DNA of 64,000 nucleotides from Candidatus Lindowbacteria bacterium RIFCSPLOWO2_12_FULL_62_27 (GCA_001784175.1 MFPR01000001.1:124001-188000), one strand, 5' to 3'; positions 28,288 to 37,304 are shown, counted from the stretch's first letter. Notes: generated by a model from the sequence alone, not told the origin. Numbers and translations: made by a program.

Positions 28288-28554
28288 CTAGATGGCCTTC
28301 AAAGTCCGGATCAGTCGGCCGGATCCGGCCGTAAAGACGGCGGTGACGGATTGGGCGTTGTTGTTGATGACCTTAAACTGGAAAAAGACGCGGTTGTCGA
28401 AAATGAGGGCGTCGCCGGGTTGCATTTCGACCTGATCCTGGTCGATTTCGACGACGAGGTTTTTGTTGGCGCTTTTCAGGAAAATAAAATCGCCCTGCCG
28501 GATCACGTCCTGATTTGCGTTGGCGAGGATCGTCACGGAGATGTCACGGAGCAT
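28288..28554 (-). CDS. putative single-jelly-roll penton protein
   Basis: 88 aa; resembles the N-terminus of the next gene (GDFI..K...GDA...F.v.N...V...AG.G). Confidence 0.5.
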   Translation of the reverse strand: MLRDISVTILANANQDVIRQGDFIFLKSANKNLVVEIDQDQVEMQPGDALIFDNRVFFQFKVINNNAQSVTAVFTAGSGRLIRTLKAI

Positions 28555-29016
28555 TTAGGCGCGCCTCGTTGCAAAATAGGCGCCGCCGAGGAGCACGAGT
28601 CCCACGATCACAAACTTGGAGATGTTTTCAAATGTTTTGGTCGTCTCCTGGCGCGTGGCCTCGGCGATTTGCGCTTGGGTTTCAAGACTCGCTTTCTGGA
28701 TTTGCTGCACAAGTTTTTCCTCTCCGGTGCGGACGTTTTCGAGAAAGCCGAGGGATTTTCCGAAGATGTCGCCGCCAAGATCGAGCACGTCGCCGGTACC
28801 CTTCGCCACCACGTCCAGGGACCGCAAACTAATGTCCCTGGCGGCGGCCACGGATTGAGGGTCCGTGATCGTGACGGGTCCGTCGACGCTTGCGACGGTG
28901 ACGCCCTCGGTTTCCATGACGGATACCGGCTTTGAGACGGTGACAGTCTCCTGCTGGGTCGTGGTGACGGCGCTCGATTTGGAGTCCTCACCGAAAATCT
29001 TTGAAAGAAGTCCCAT
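28555..29016 (-). CDS. PM2 P10-like virion membrane protein
   Basis: Ser/Thr-rich N-terminus (DSKSSAVTTT), VTITD motif, C-terminal TM with basic tail; matching synteny. Confidence 0.65.
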   Translation of the reverse strand: MGLLSKIFGEDSKSSAVTTTQQETVTVSKPVSVMETEGVTVASVDGPVTITDPQSVAAARDISLRSLDVVAKGTGDVLDLGGDIFGKSLGFLENVRTGEEKLVQQIQKASLETQAQIAEATRQETTKTFENISKFVIVGLVLLGGAYFATRRA

Positions 29017-29017
29017 G

Positions 29018-29233
29018 TCAGGCGTTCCGAAACGCGAGGAAAAGCGCGAAGGCGGCCAGACCCAGAAGAAGGAGGACCGCCGTCCGGTCGCGGCCGGCGA
29101 CGTTAAAGTCTCCGAAGTCAATCGTCACGGGACCGCCTCGGGCTTCGCCGGATCGGGTGGTGAGAGCGGCGTTCACGCCGGCTTCGGGGTTGAGTTCGCC
29201 GGCCGCAAGGGCGGCGATTTCGCTGAACGGCAC
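29018..29233 (-). CDS. PM2 P8-like virion membrane protein
   Basis: 71 aa, GG..IDFG followed by a C-terminal TM; matching synteny. Confidence 0.6.
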   Translation of the reverse strand: MPFSEIAALAAGELNPEAGVNAALTTRSGEARGGPVTIDFGDFNVAGRDRTAVLLLLGLAAFALFLAFRNA

Positions 29234-29235
29234 CG

Positions 29236-29373
29236 TCAGCGCCTCGGCAAAAAAACGGTCAGATAGACGACGCCTCCGAGGATAAGGAGCAGGGAAAAGA
29301 CGTTTCGGGAGGTGCGGCTTATGCCGAGCGTCGCCAGAATGCCGGTTCCAAGGCCCAGAAGAAGAAGCGGCAT
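29236..29373 (-). CDS. 45-aa hydrophobic virion protein (P4 position); absent from the ORF track
   Basis: MPLLLLGLGTGILATLGISRTSRNVFSLLLILGGVVYLTVFLPRR; exactly fills the gap between neighbours. Confidence 0.65.
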   Translation of the reverse strand: MPLLLLGLGTGILATLGISRTSRNVFSLLLILGGVVYLTVFLPRR

Positions 29374-29374
29374 G

Positions 29375-29662
29375 TCAATTCGACGCCGCCACAAACGCAA
29401 GAAGGGCCAGGCCTACAACGATCACGAGCATCCCGAGGCCCTGGTTGTTCGCGGCCGGGGATGCGGCGGTTTGCGCGGGTTTGGCGGAGGAAGCGCCGGG
29501 CGGGGCCGGCGGCGTTCGTTCGGGGAAAACGTCGGGCGCCGTCGGCCCGCCGCCGTTAAAAATGACCGGCTCGTCCAGTTCCGGCGGCAGTCCCTTCAGG
29601 AAAATGTCCAGGGCCGCGCGGGCGCCGGTTCGGAGGGCCTCGTCCAGGTTCGGGGTCGCCAT
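29375..29662 (-). CDS. PM2 P3-like membrane protein
   Basis: 95 aa, Pro/Ala linker, C-terminal TM, directly after the capsid gene. Confidence 0.6.
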   Translation of the reverse strand: MATPNLDEALRTGARAALDIFLKGLPPELDEPVIFNGGGPTAPDVFPERTPPAPPGASSAKPAQTAASPAANNQGLGMLVIVVGLALLAFVAASN

Positions 29663-29672
29663 GAGGCGCCGC

Positions 29673-30491
29673 CTAGACCGACTGGATCCGGTTGAGGTAC
29701 TCGACGACGACGGGGATCGCGCCGGGGGCCGACAGGGTCAGGATGAAGCGCAGGTCGTTGACCTGTTCCGTCGCCAGGGCGTCGGCGCCGTTGCCGTCCT
29801 CGGTCGTGTCGTAGACGAATACGCCCGTCTGCGGCACGCGCACGCCGTCGGACTGGACCCGGTTGTTTTCGGCGACCAGCCGCTCAAAGACCGTGAAGTT
29901 GTCGCGCTTCACTTCGAGCTTGGTGATGGCCGAACTCAAAAACAGGATCTTGTTGACGAGCGGTCCGCGGGGCAGGTCGGAAATCTCAAAGGTCCCGCTG
30001 CCGGCGGCCGTATAGGAAAAGTTCCGGATGTCCCGGATGATGCCCGACGGCCGGGGCGCCGACTGGATGGCCTTCGCCGAGAGCGTGGGAACGGAGACGC
30101 CGGCCGTAATGTCGATTTCGAGGGCCAGGGTCGTGATCTTCGCCTGGTCGTTCGGGTCGCCCGTACCGAGGGACGTCAGCTCCTCGGCCGCGCGGGTGCG
30201 AAGTCCGAAGCGGTCGAAGTCGACGATCAGGATATTGTCGGCGGTCGCGGAGGCGCGGCCCTCGTATTTCATGATCGTGTCCAGTTGCGTGCCGGAGGTG
30301 AATCGCTGAATGGCCTTGCCGTTGGCGACGATGCGAAGTTCCGTCATCTGCGCCGGCGTCAGATTGCCGTAAGAAACCAGGACCTGGTGATAGGTGCTGC
30401 CGATGGGAAGCCGGAGGGTGGCAGTTCCGGTCTGGTTGGCGCCGGGGATGCCCTCAAAATTCGGCAGGACCTTTGTATTTTTCAATCCCAT
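29673..30491 (-). CDS. double-jelly-roll major capsid protein (PM2 P2-like)
   Basis: 272 aa; LPIGSTY, TPAQM, SLGT, EISDLPR, NDLR and VVEY match motifs I recall from PM2 P2, in the same order. Confidence 0.88.
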   Translation of the reverse strand: MGLKNTKVLPNFEGIPGANQTGTATLRLPIGSTYHQVLVSYGNLTPAQMTELRIVANGKAIQRFTSGTQLDTIMKYEGRASATADNILIVDFDRFGLRTRAAEELTSLGTGDPNDQAKITTLALEIDITAGVSVPTLSAKAIQSAPRPSGIIRDIRNFSYTAAGSGTFEISDLPRGPLVNKILFLSSAITKLEVKRDNFTVFERLVAENNRVQSDGVRVPQTGVFVYDTTEDGNGADALATEQVNDLRFILTLSAPGAIPVVVEYLNRIQSV

Positions 30492-30518
30492 GTCGATGTG
30501 CTCGCTTTCTGTCGTTTC

Positions 30519-30617
30519 TCAGGCGTTGACGATGTCTTTCAGCGCCTGCACGCGGTTGACGACTGCCATCGTCACCACGACGAGGATCACTGTCCACACA
30601 ATCATTCTCGGGGTCAT
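30519..30617 (-). CDS. PM2 P7-like 32-aa membrane protein; absent from the ORF track
   Basis: MTPRMIVWTVILVVVTMAVVNRVQALKDIVNA; AAGGAGG RBS; immediately upstream of the capsid gene as in PM2. Confidence 0.75.
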   Translation of the reverse strand: MTPRMIVWTVILVVVTMAVVNRVQALKDIVNA

Positions 30618-30667
30618 CTGTTTGTCCTCCTTAAAATGCAATACAGTTGCAAATGCAACATGACCGC

Positions 30668-30695
30668 ATTATACCGAAGGCGGGCCGCCTGTCAA
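30668..30695 (-). promoter_or_regulatory. consensus sigma70 promoter for the structural module
   Basis: TTGACA-16 bp-TATAAT on the minus strand; inverted repeat GTTGCA-AA-TGCAAC at 30646-30659 just downstream. Confidence 0.7.
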
Positions 30696-30881
30696 GTCCT
30701 TTTTTGTCATGACCGTCACGACGATCCGGGCGGTACTTTTCAGTTCGGCCACAAGATCGAGAAACTCGCAGGGCGTCACACGCCGGCCGTCGACATGGAT
30801 TTCAGCCAGGTCGGGGTCGATCTTCTCGACATAGAGTCGAAGGACGGGCTTCCAGGAATGATAAAGCGACAGAACATCCAT
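30669..30881 (-). CDS. phage hypothetical protein (70 aa)
   Basis: between the ATPase and P7-like genes. Confidence 0.55.
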   Translation of the reverse strand: MDVLSLYHSWKPVLRLYVEKIDPDLAEIHVDGRRVTPCEFLDLVAELKSTARIVVTVMTKKDLTGGPPSV

Positions 30882-30887
30882 GAGCGG

Positions 30888-31502
30888 CTAATTGGGCGGC
30901 GCGGCCGCGCGGCGGACGGAATCGCCGGGGCGCCAGTCGGCGGGCAGAATGTGGGCGGCGCCGGTTTCGCCGTGGTAGACGATGCATTCATGTTCGTCGA
31001 GACAATCCGCCATGGTTTCGTAATTCGGGATCATCCTGGCGCAGTAGTCCCGGTCGCGCGGTTCGGAGAAGCGGAAGCAGTAGAGGTCGTTGTTCGCGGT
31101 GAGTTCCCGCGGCACTTCCGCGGGACGCTGGGAGGTGGCGAGAAGTTCCACGCCAAAATGCCGGTCCCGCCGGCAGAGGGTGGCGAAAAAGACGGACCGG
31201 ACCGTAGGCGATACAAAGTCGGCGACCTCCTCCACGTGCAGCCGGGGGACGCGAAGCCGAAGGACAATCTCGCAAATGGTGTCAAATTCGTCGCGGTCGC
31301 AAAAGGGCGGCACGTAGGCGATATGTTGCGAGAGCGGTCGCTTGAGCCAATCGAATAAAATGCGGTGAGAATCGGTCTTTCGTCTAACGCGATGTTCCCC
31401 GTTCGGGTCGATGATGAGGGTGGGACCCGAGACGGCGAGAAATTTTTTTGCAAGCGTGGTTTTTCCGGAGAGCTTGCGGCCGAGGATGACGCGGGTGGGC
31501 AT
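30888..31502 (-). CDS. genome packaging ATPase (A32/FtsK-HerA type, P9-like)
   Basis: GRKLSGKT Walker A, IIDP, LHVEE Walker B, R.RH, SQRP. Confidence 0.88.
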   Translation of the reverse strand: MPTRVILGRKLSGKTTLAKKFLAVSGPTLIIDPNGEHRVRRKTDSHRILFDWLKRPLSQHIAYVPPFCDRDEFDTICEIVLRLRVPRLHVEEVADFVSPTVRSVFFATLCRRDRHFGVELLATSQRPAEVPRELTANNDLYCFRFSEPRDRDYCARMIPNYETMADCLDEHECIVYHGETGAAHILPADWRPGDSVRRAAAPPN

Positions 31503-32039
31503 TTATGCATGAAGGGGCGCCGACGCCGGCGGCGCGGCCGGAGGCGGCGGCGCGGCGCCGGCCGCTTTCCACCGGCGATAGAGGACGACCTTGTCGGCGG
31601 CGATGTCGAGGATCGTCATGAGGGCCACCGTCTCCGCCATGTATTTGAAAATCGGATGATCTCGGTTCTTGAGGTAGAGCGGATAGATCGCCTCCTGGAC
31701 GGACTTTCTCTGTCCGTCGGTCAGACTGACGGCGTCGCAGCCGGTGGCGGTGGCGCACATGCCGAACAAGCCTCCGACGATATGGCCGAGGACCACAGGC
31801 TCAAGAACGGCAGCAGGAGGGGCCGCCGGCGGACTCTGCGGCCTGGGGGCCTCCGAGTCCGCCGGCTCCTTGTCCGGCGCGCGGCGGCAGCCGAGCTTTT
31901 GGTGGACTTTCAGGCCCTGGTCGGTCTTGCAGATTTTCCCGCACGCCGGACACTCATGGCGGCGGGCGGCCAGCTCGCGGGCGGCGGCGTCGACGATTGC
32001 GGCGCGGTCCGGTGGGTCCGGCGCCGGAGGCGCCGTCAC
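31503..32039 (-). CDS. zinc-finger (CxxC...H...C) protein with hydrophobic C-terminal segments
   Basis: CPACGKICKTDQGLKVHQKLGC; GTGA coupling to the upstream gene. Confidence 0.65.
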   Translation of the reverse strand: MTAPPAPDPPDRAAIVDAAARELAARRHECPACGKICKTDQGLKVHQKLGCRRAPDKEPADSEAPRPQSPPAAPPAAVLEPVVLGHIVGGLFGMCATATGCDAVSLTDGQRKSVQEAIYPLYLKNRDHPIFKYMAETVALMTILDIAADKVVLYRRWKAAGAAPPPPAAPPASAPLHA

Positions 32040-32284
32040 AGCAGCGGTCGGTCCCACCAGGATTTTTCCTCCGCCGGTTTTTCTTCCGTCCTGGGTATTG
32101 ACTCGCCCGCCGTTCGTTCGTCCTGCGCAATCACAGGCGCGGAATTCGGGTCGTCTACGGCGCCGGCGCCGTTTTCATGCGCCGAAGCGTCCACAGGCGG
32201 AGGCGCCGGCGGCTCGTCTGGGGCCGGCGCCGGCGCCGGCGGCGGAGTTTCACAAATATTGCAGACCTTTTCCGGGTCGGTCAC
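32036..32284 (-). CDS. Pro-rich acidic phage protein
   Basis: CNIC motif, C-terminal SWWDRPLL; GTGA coupling at both ends. Confidence 0.6.
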   Translation of the reverse strand: MTDPEKVCNICETPPPAPAPAPDEPPAPPPVDASAHENGAGAVDDPNSAPVIAQDERTAGESIPRTEEKPAEEKSWWDRPLL

Positions 32285-32484
32285 GGCACACGCGCGACCG
32301 CCGAGTCCGGCGGCGCGGCCGGCGCTGACGTCGCGGTTCCGTCCGCCGAGTCCGGCGGCGCGGCCGGCGGCGTCGGCGCGGATCCGGCCGCCGGGTCCGG
32401 CGGCGCGGCCGGCGCCGCCGGCGCGGATCCGGTCGCCGGGTCCGGATGACGCTTGTCCTTATTCGTTCCTCTTCGTCCACTCAT
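32281..32484 (-). CDS. Pro/Ala-repeat phage protein (67 aa)
   Basis: GGAGGAG RBS before ATG 32484; PAAPPD repeats. Confidence 0.55.
   Translation of the reverse strand: MSGRRGTNKDKRHPDPATGSAPAAPAAPPDPAAGSAPTPPAAPPDSADGTATSAPAAPPDSAVARVP
32297..32446. repeat. 45-bp-period tandem repeat (about 3.3 units)
   Basis: TCCGG recurs at 32306, 32351, 32396 and 32441; the first three continue CGGCGCGGCCGGCG. Confidence 0.8.
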
Positions 32485-32519
32485 GAGGCACTCCTCCACA
32501 AATCTCCCGAGGGGAGTTT

Positions 32520-32759
32520 TCATCGAAGCACAATCAACGTTGTGCTTATAAAATCTATCTTCCATCCTCGCGCGCGGTATCGGCGGCGCAGCTCCCGTTG
32601 CGTATCGGCCGATGTACACCGTGAGAGCCGTATTGTGAGGGCGTCGCCGTTCCAAAATCTTGTGATCATCGGATCAATCTCACGCTCATAAACGTTGGCC
32701 TCCATCGTTGTGCCGTCATCACAGAACGGCCGCAAGGCTTGAGCATGACTGATTGCCAA
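32520..32759 (-). CDS. phage hypothetical protein
   Basis: 79-aa ORF filling the gap on the phage coding strand. Confidence 0.45.
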   Translation of the reverse strand: MAISHAQALRPFCDDGTTMEANVYEREIDPMITRFWNGDALTIRLSRCTSADTQRELRRRYRARGWKIDFISTTLIVLR

Positions 32760-32761
32760 AG

Positions 32762-32974
32762 TTATCGAACCTCCGCCGAACCTTGCGGCAATCGTTTCAT
32801 AACCTTGTCCAGGGCGGCCCGAAGGTAGAACAACCCTCCGGCAACGATCAAACCCTTGGCATTCAACGCGGCGCCCGCAAAGTCTCCCATAGAAAGCGGA
32901 CTGATGACCGGCGGGGCGCTGACGATGGCCAAGAGGCCCGCAAACAGTTTCGTTCTGAATCCTGAAAGGTTCAT
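32762..32974 (-). CDS. small two-TM phage protein (70 aa)
   Basis: GAGGAGG RBS; two hydrophobic helices. Confidence 0.6.
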   Translation of the reverse strand: MNLSGFRTKLFAGLLAIVSAPPVISPLSMGDFAGAALNAKGLIVAGGLFYLRAALDKVMKRLPQGSAEVR

Positions 32975-32990
32975 GACGTTTGACCTCCTC

Positions 32991-34361
32991 TCATGCGATG
33001 TTTGAAACCATTGATCTATGGTTCGGAAAGGGTTTGCAACCCTTCTCAAATGGTTCTTCAAACGATTCGAGCAACTCGGAATGAACGGTTTGTCGAATCG
33101 TTTCGCGGCGCGCCAGGCACTCCTCCAGCGTCACGTCCGGCCAGCCCCAGGAAAGGGTCGTTTCGGCGTGCTGTCCGAGCCTGGCGAGAAAGAGCAGGTT
33201 TTCCCAATCGTCGGTGAAGATGAGACAGAAGTCCCGGGCGCGCGTGATCTGAACGTACTGGGCCCGCATGGTCTCAAGGTCCTTGCGGGTCGTGTCGGCG
33301 TCGATCAGGACCGTTCCGACGGTCCGGCCCTGGGCCTTCCAGGTTGTGACGGCGTAGCCATGGTCGAACCACGGATAAAGCGCCGGATTGATTTCGACGG
33401 TCCGGCCGCCGTCGAGCCGGACGGTGAAACGGTCCCGGCCGATATCGGCCACCGTTCCGGTGAAGCCGTTTCGGAGATTCAGGCGGCCGTAGAGGTTCTT
33501 CGTGCAGACGATGCGGTCGCCCGGCAAAATCTCCACGTCGAATTCGGAGCGCTTGCGCCTCGCGCGAAACTTCACGGCCGCGCGGCGCAGACGCAGGGGG
33601 AAAAGCTTTTCGCGGATCCGGCGGTTGATCTCCATGCACGAAAGGGCCGAAGGAGAAATGACAAGCATCCCGGGCCGAAAGAGGCGCGCGATTTCGGCCC
33701 ACCGTTCCTCCGGCGGCCCGATCTCGCGGACCCAGCCGAGGTCCCGAAGCGCGCCCAAAGACGCCGGCATGTTTCGCGCGCGGGCCAGGTCGCAGGCGTG
33801 ACGCAGACCTGAATGACGCTGTCTGAAATTTTCGTGCAGTTCCACAAGGACGCCGGCGCCGCGCGCGAAGTCGCAAAGGTTCGTGAAGGGATCGCCGGCC
33901 GTCAGGGGCGTCAGCTGCGAGGGATCGCCGATCAACAGGAGATTCATGCCGAGCCGTTCGCATACCCGGGTCAGGCGCGCCATGTCGGTTATGCCGATCA
34001 TCGAGCTTTCATCGACGACGATGAGCATGGAATCGGCGGACCGGCGGCGCTTGATGCCCTCGTAATAGGCGAGGAAAGCGGCGAGCGTCACGGCGGGGAT
34101 GCGGCTTTCCTCGTGCAGGTTGGCCGCCGCGGCGCCGGTGGGCGCCACGCCGCGGATCTTCCATCCCCGCGGTAGAAGTATCTGACGCAACACGTCGACC
34201 AGATACGTCTTTCCGGAGCCGGCGTCTCCACGCCAGCACATGAAAGTTTCGTTCTGCGCCGTCAGCGATTGAACGGTATAGATAAGGGCTTTTTTCTGGT
34301 CCCCTGTAAGATTATGTAGACTTTCCTCAAGCTCCAATCCCGCAAGGAGCTTGCGGAACGC
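32991..34361 (-). CDS. SF1B (RecD/TraA-like) helicase: C-terminal half of the att-split relaxase-helicase gene
   Basis: GDAGSGKT, VAPTGAAA, VVDESSM, IGDPSQL, NFRQ, HGYAVTTWKAQG, TRAR; frame open back to attR. Confidence 0.9.
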   Translation of the reverse strand, partial: AFRKLLAGLELEESLHNLTGDQKKALIYTVQSLTAQNETFMCWRGDAGSGKTYLVDVLRQILLPRGWKIRGVAPTGAAAANLHEESRIPAVTLAAFLAYYEGIKRRRSADSMLIVVDESSMIGITDMARLTRVCERLGMNLLLIGDPSQLTPLTAGDPFTNLCDFARGAGVLVELHENFRQRHSGLRHACDLARARNMPASLGALRDLGWVREIGPPEERWAEIARLFRPGMLVISPSALSCMEINRRIREKLFPLRLRRAAVKFRARRKRSEFDVEILPGDRIVCTKNLYGRLNLRNGFTGTVADIGRDRFTVRLDGGRTVEINPALYPWFDHGYAVTTWKAQGRTVGTVLIDADTTRKDLETMRAQYVQITRARDFCLIFTDDWENLLFLARLGQHAETTLSWGWPDVTLEECLARRETIRQTVHSELLESFEEPFEKGCKPFPNHRSMVSNIA

Positions 34362-34362
34362 T

Positions 34363-34390
34363 ACTTCCCATAACGCATATTATGTAAACT
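34363..34390 (+). other. dif: chromosomal dif site (attR), XerC/XerD recombination site
   Basis: ACTTCCCATAA-CGCATA-TTATGTAAACT; 11-6-11 layout with the canonical XerD arm of B. subtilis-type dif. Confidence 0.9.
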
Positions 34391-34391
34391 A

Positions 34392-34410
34392 GCCCCGAGG
34401 GCGTTTTTTT
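34392..34410 (+). terminator. intrinsic terminator of the operon ending in birA (displaced by the insertion)
   Basis: GCCC-CGA-GGGC followed by a T-run directly after dif. Confidence 0.5.
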
Positions 34411-35390
34411 ACGCCCACCGCGAGGAAAACCAGCACGCCGAACAATGGCTCGGCGCGAACGCCTCGATCGGCGGCTCAGCCTCAGCGCACTTCAGCTCAG
34501 CATGGAGGCAACGCGTGTGGAACCGGCAGCCGGAGGGGGGGTCGGCCGGCGAGGGGATCGAGCCTTTGAGAACAATCCTCTCTTTTCGGGCCGCCGGGTC
34601 CATCGACGGGATGGCCGATATGAGCGCCCGCGTGTATGGATGCAGGGGCCGTGCATAGAGACGGCTGCGGTCTGCCAGCTCCATGATTTTCCCCAAATAC
34701 AGGACCGCCACCCTGTCCGAGATGTGCTGAACGACCGACAGGTCGTGCGAGATAAACACCATGGTCAATCCGAACTTGCGCCGCAGGTCCGTCAGAAGAT
34801 TCAGGATTTGCGCCTGGATCGACACGTCCAGCGCCGATACCGGCTCGTCGGCGATGACCAGGTCCGGCCGGACGATGAGCGCCCGCGCGATGGCGATCCT
34901 CTGGCGCTGGCCGCCTGAAAACTCGTGGGGGAACCGCGCCATGTGTTCGGCCGCAAGACCGACCTGCTCGAGCATGCCGGCCACGCGGCGCGCGCGTTCG
35001 GCGCGCGGGAGAGACTCGTGGATTCGCAGCGGCTCCGACAGAATGTCGTAGACCGTCATTCGCGGATTGAGGGACGAGTAGGGATCCTGAAAAATGATCT
35101 GGACCCTCGACCGGAACGGCCGAAAGGCGCGGCGCGAGAGGCCGGTGAGTTCCGCGCCGTTGAACCGGATGGACCCGGCCGACGGCCGGGCCAGGCCGAC
35201 GATCGCGCGCCCCAGGGTCGATTTTCCGCTCCCGGATTCTCCCACCAGCCCGAGAACCTCCCCCCGCCGGACGGATAGACTCACACCGTCGAGCGCCTTC
35301 ACCACGCCGATCAGTTTGGGGCGCAGCATTCCTTTCAATAATGGAAAATGGACTTTGAGGTCCTGGATTTCGAGCAACGCCGCTTCCGCT

Positions 35391-35404
<14 letters not shown>
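34409..35404 (-). CDS. oppF: oligopeptide ABC transporter ATPase
   Basis: GESGSGKST, FQDPYSSLNPR, FSGGQRQR, DEPVSALD, GCRFHTRC. Confidence 0.93.
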
Positions 35405-36440
<1,036 letters not shown>

Positions 36441-36443
36441 GAA

Positions 36444-37304
36444 TCAATCCGCCCGGTACTTCGGATCGAGCGCGTCGCGGAGGCCGTCGCCCAGGAAATT
36501 GAGCGAAAAAAGCGTGAGCGACAGAAAAAATCCCGGAAACAGAATCAGCCACGACTCCAGTTCCATGTGCTTCACGCCCTCGGCGATCAGAATGCCCCAC
36601 GAACAGTTCGGCGGCTGAACGCCCAGGCCCAGGAAACTCAAAAACGCCTCCTCCAGCATCACCGCCGGCACCGTCAGCGTCGCGTAGACGATGATCGGGC
36701 CCAGCACGTTCGGGACGAGATGCCGAAACACGATGCCGGGCGTGCTCACGCCCATCGCCACCGCCGCTTCCACGAACTCCTTCTGCTTCAGCGTCAGCAC
36801 CTGGCCCCGGACGATGCGCGCCGTGGTCAGCCACTGCACGCAGCCCAGCGCGACGAAGAGATTGACGATGTTGCGGCCGAAATAAACCATGAGAATGATG
36901 ACGAAAAAAATGAACGGCAGTGAATACAGAATGTCGACCAACCGCATCATCACCGCGTCCCACCGGCCGCCCAGGTATCCGCTCACGGCGCCGTAGGTGA
37001 TGCCGATGATCATGCTGACGAGCGTGGCAAGGAGCCCGACCACGAGCGAGATGCGGCTGCCGTAGAGCATCCGCGTCAGAAGGTCGCGGCCGAGCGAGTC
37101 GGTGCCGAAGAGGTGCGCCCTCGTGGGCGGCGACGCGCCGAGATTGAGGTCCTGCTCGTCATACGCGTAGGGGGAGATCCAGGGTGTCAAGGCGGCCGCG
37201 ACCAGGAGCGCCCCGGTCACGCACAGACCCAGCACGGCCGCGCGATTCTGCAGGAGCCGCCGGCGCGCGTCCGCCCAGAGACTTTCGCCTTGTCCCCTAG
37301 TCAT
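36444..37304 (-). CDS. oppC: oligopeptide ABC transporter permease
   Basis: GTDSLGRD, EAFLSFLGLG, GDGLRDALDP. Confidence 0.93.
   Translation of the reverse strand: MTRGQGESLWADARRRLLQNRAAVLGLCVTGALLVAAALTPWISPYAYDEQDLNLGASPPTRAHLFGTDSLGRDLLTRMLYGSRISLVVGLLATLVSMIIGITYGAVSGYLGGRWDAVMMRLVDILYSLPFIFFVIILMVYFGRNIVNLFVALGCVQWLTTARIVRGQVLTLKQKEFVEAAVAMGVSTPGIVFRHLVPNVLGPIIVYATLTVPAVMLEEAFLSFLGLGVQPPNCSWGILIAEGVKHMELESWLILFPGFFLSLTLFSLNFLGDGLRDALDPKYRAD

Larger units (their letters stand above)
23351..34390. mobile_element. PM2/corticovirus-like double-jelly-roll prophage integrated at dif (IMEX); predicted circle 11,011 bp
   Basis: 18-bp direct repeat TACTTCCCATAACGCATA at 23351 and 34362 inside dif-like 28-mers; capsid, packaging ATPase and lysis genes; no integrase seen. 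Confidence 0.9.

Noticed and set aside
29445-31358. 637-aa plus-strand ORF in the prophage
   Set aside because: Antisense to the capsid, P7 and ATPase genes; no motifs.
32297-32446. Possible CRISPR array
   Set aside because: Units are contiguous, in frame and similar throughout, with no unique spacers and no cas genes.
32250-32480. Arg-rich protamine-like ORF over the 45-bp repeat
   Set aside because: The overlapping Pro/Ala frame has the RBS-spaced ATG and couples to the next gene; Arg richness is expected from a GC-rich repeat.
23380-34361. Filamentous (inovirus/CTX-like) phage or conjugative ICE interpretation
   Set aside because: The capsid and ATPase are PM2-like rather than Zot/pVIII-like, and there is no T4SS or coupling protein.
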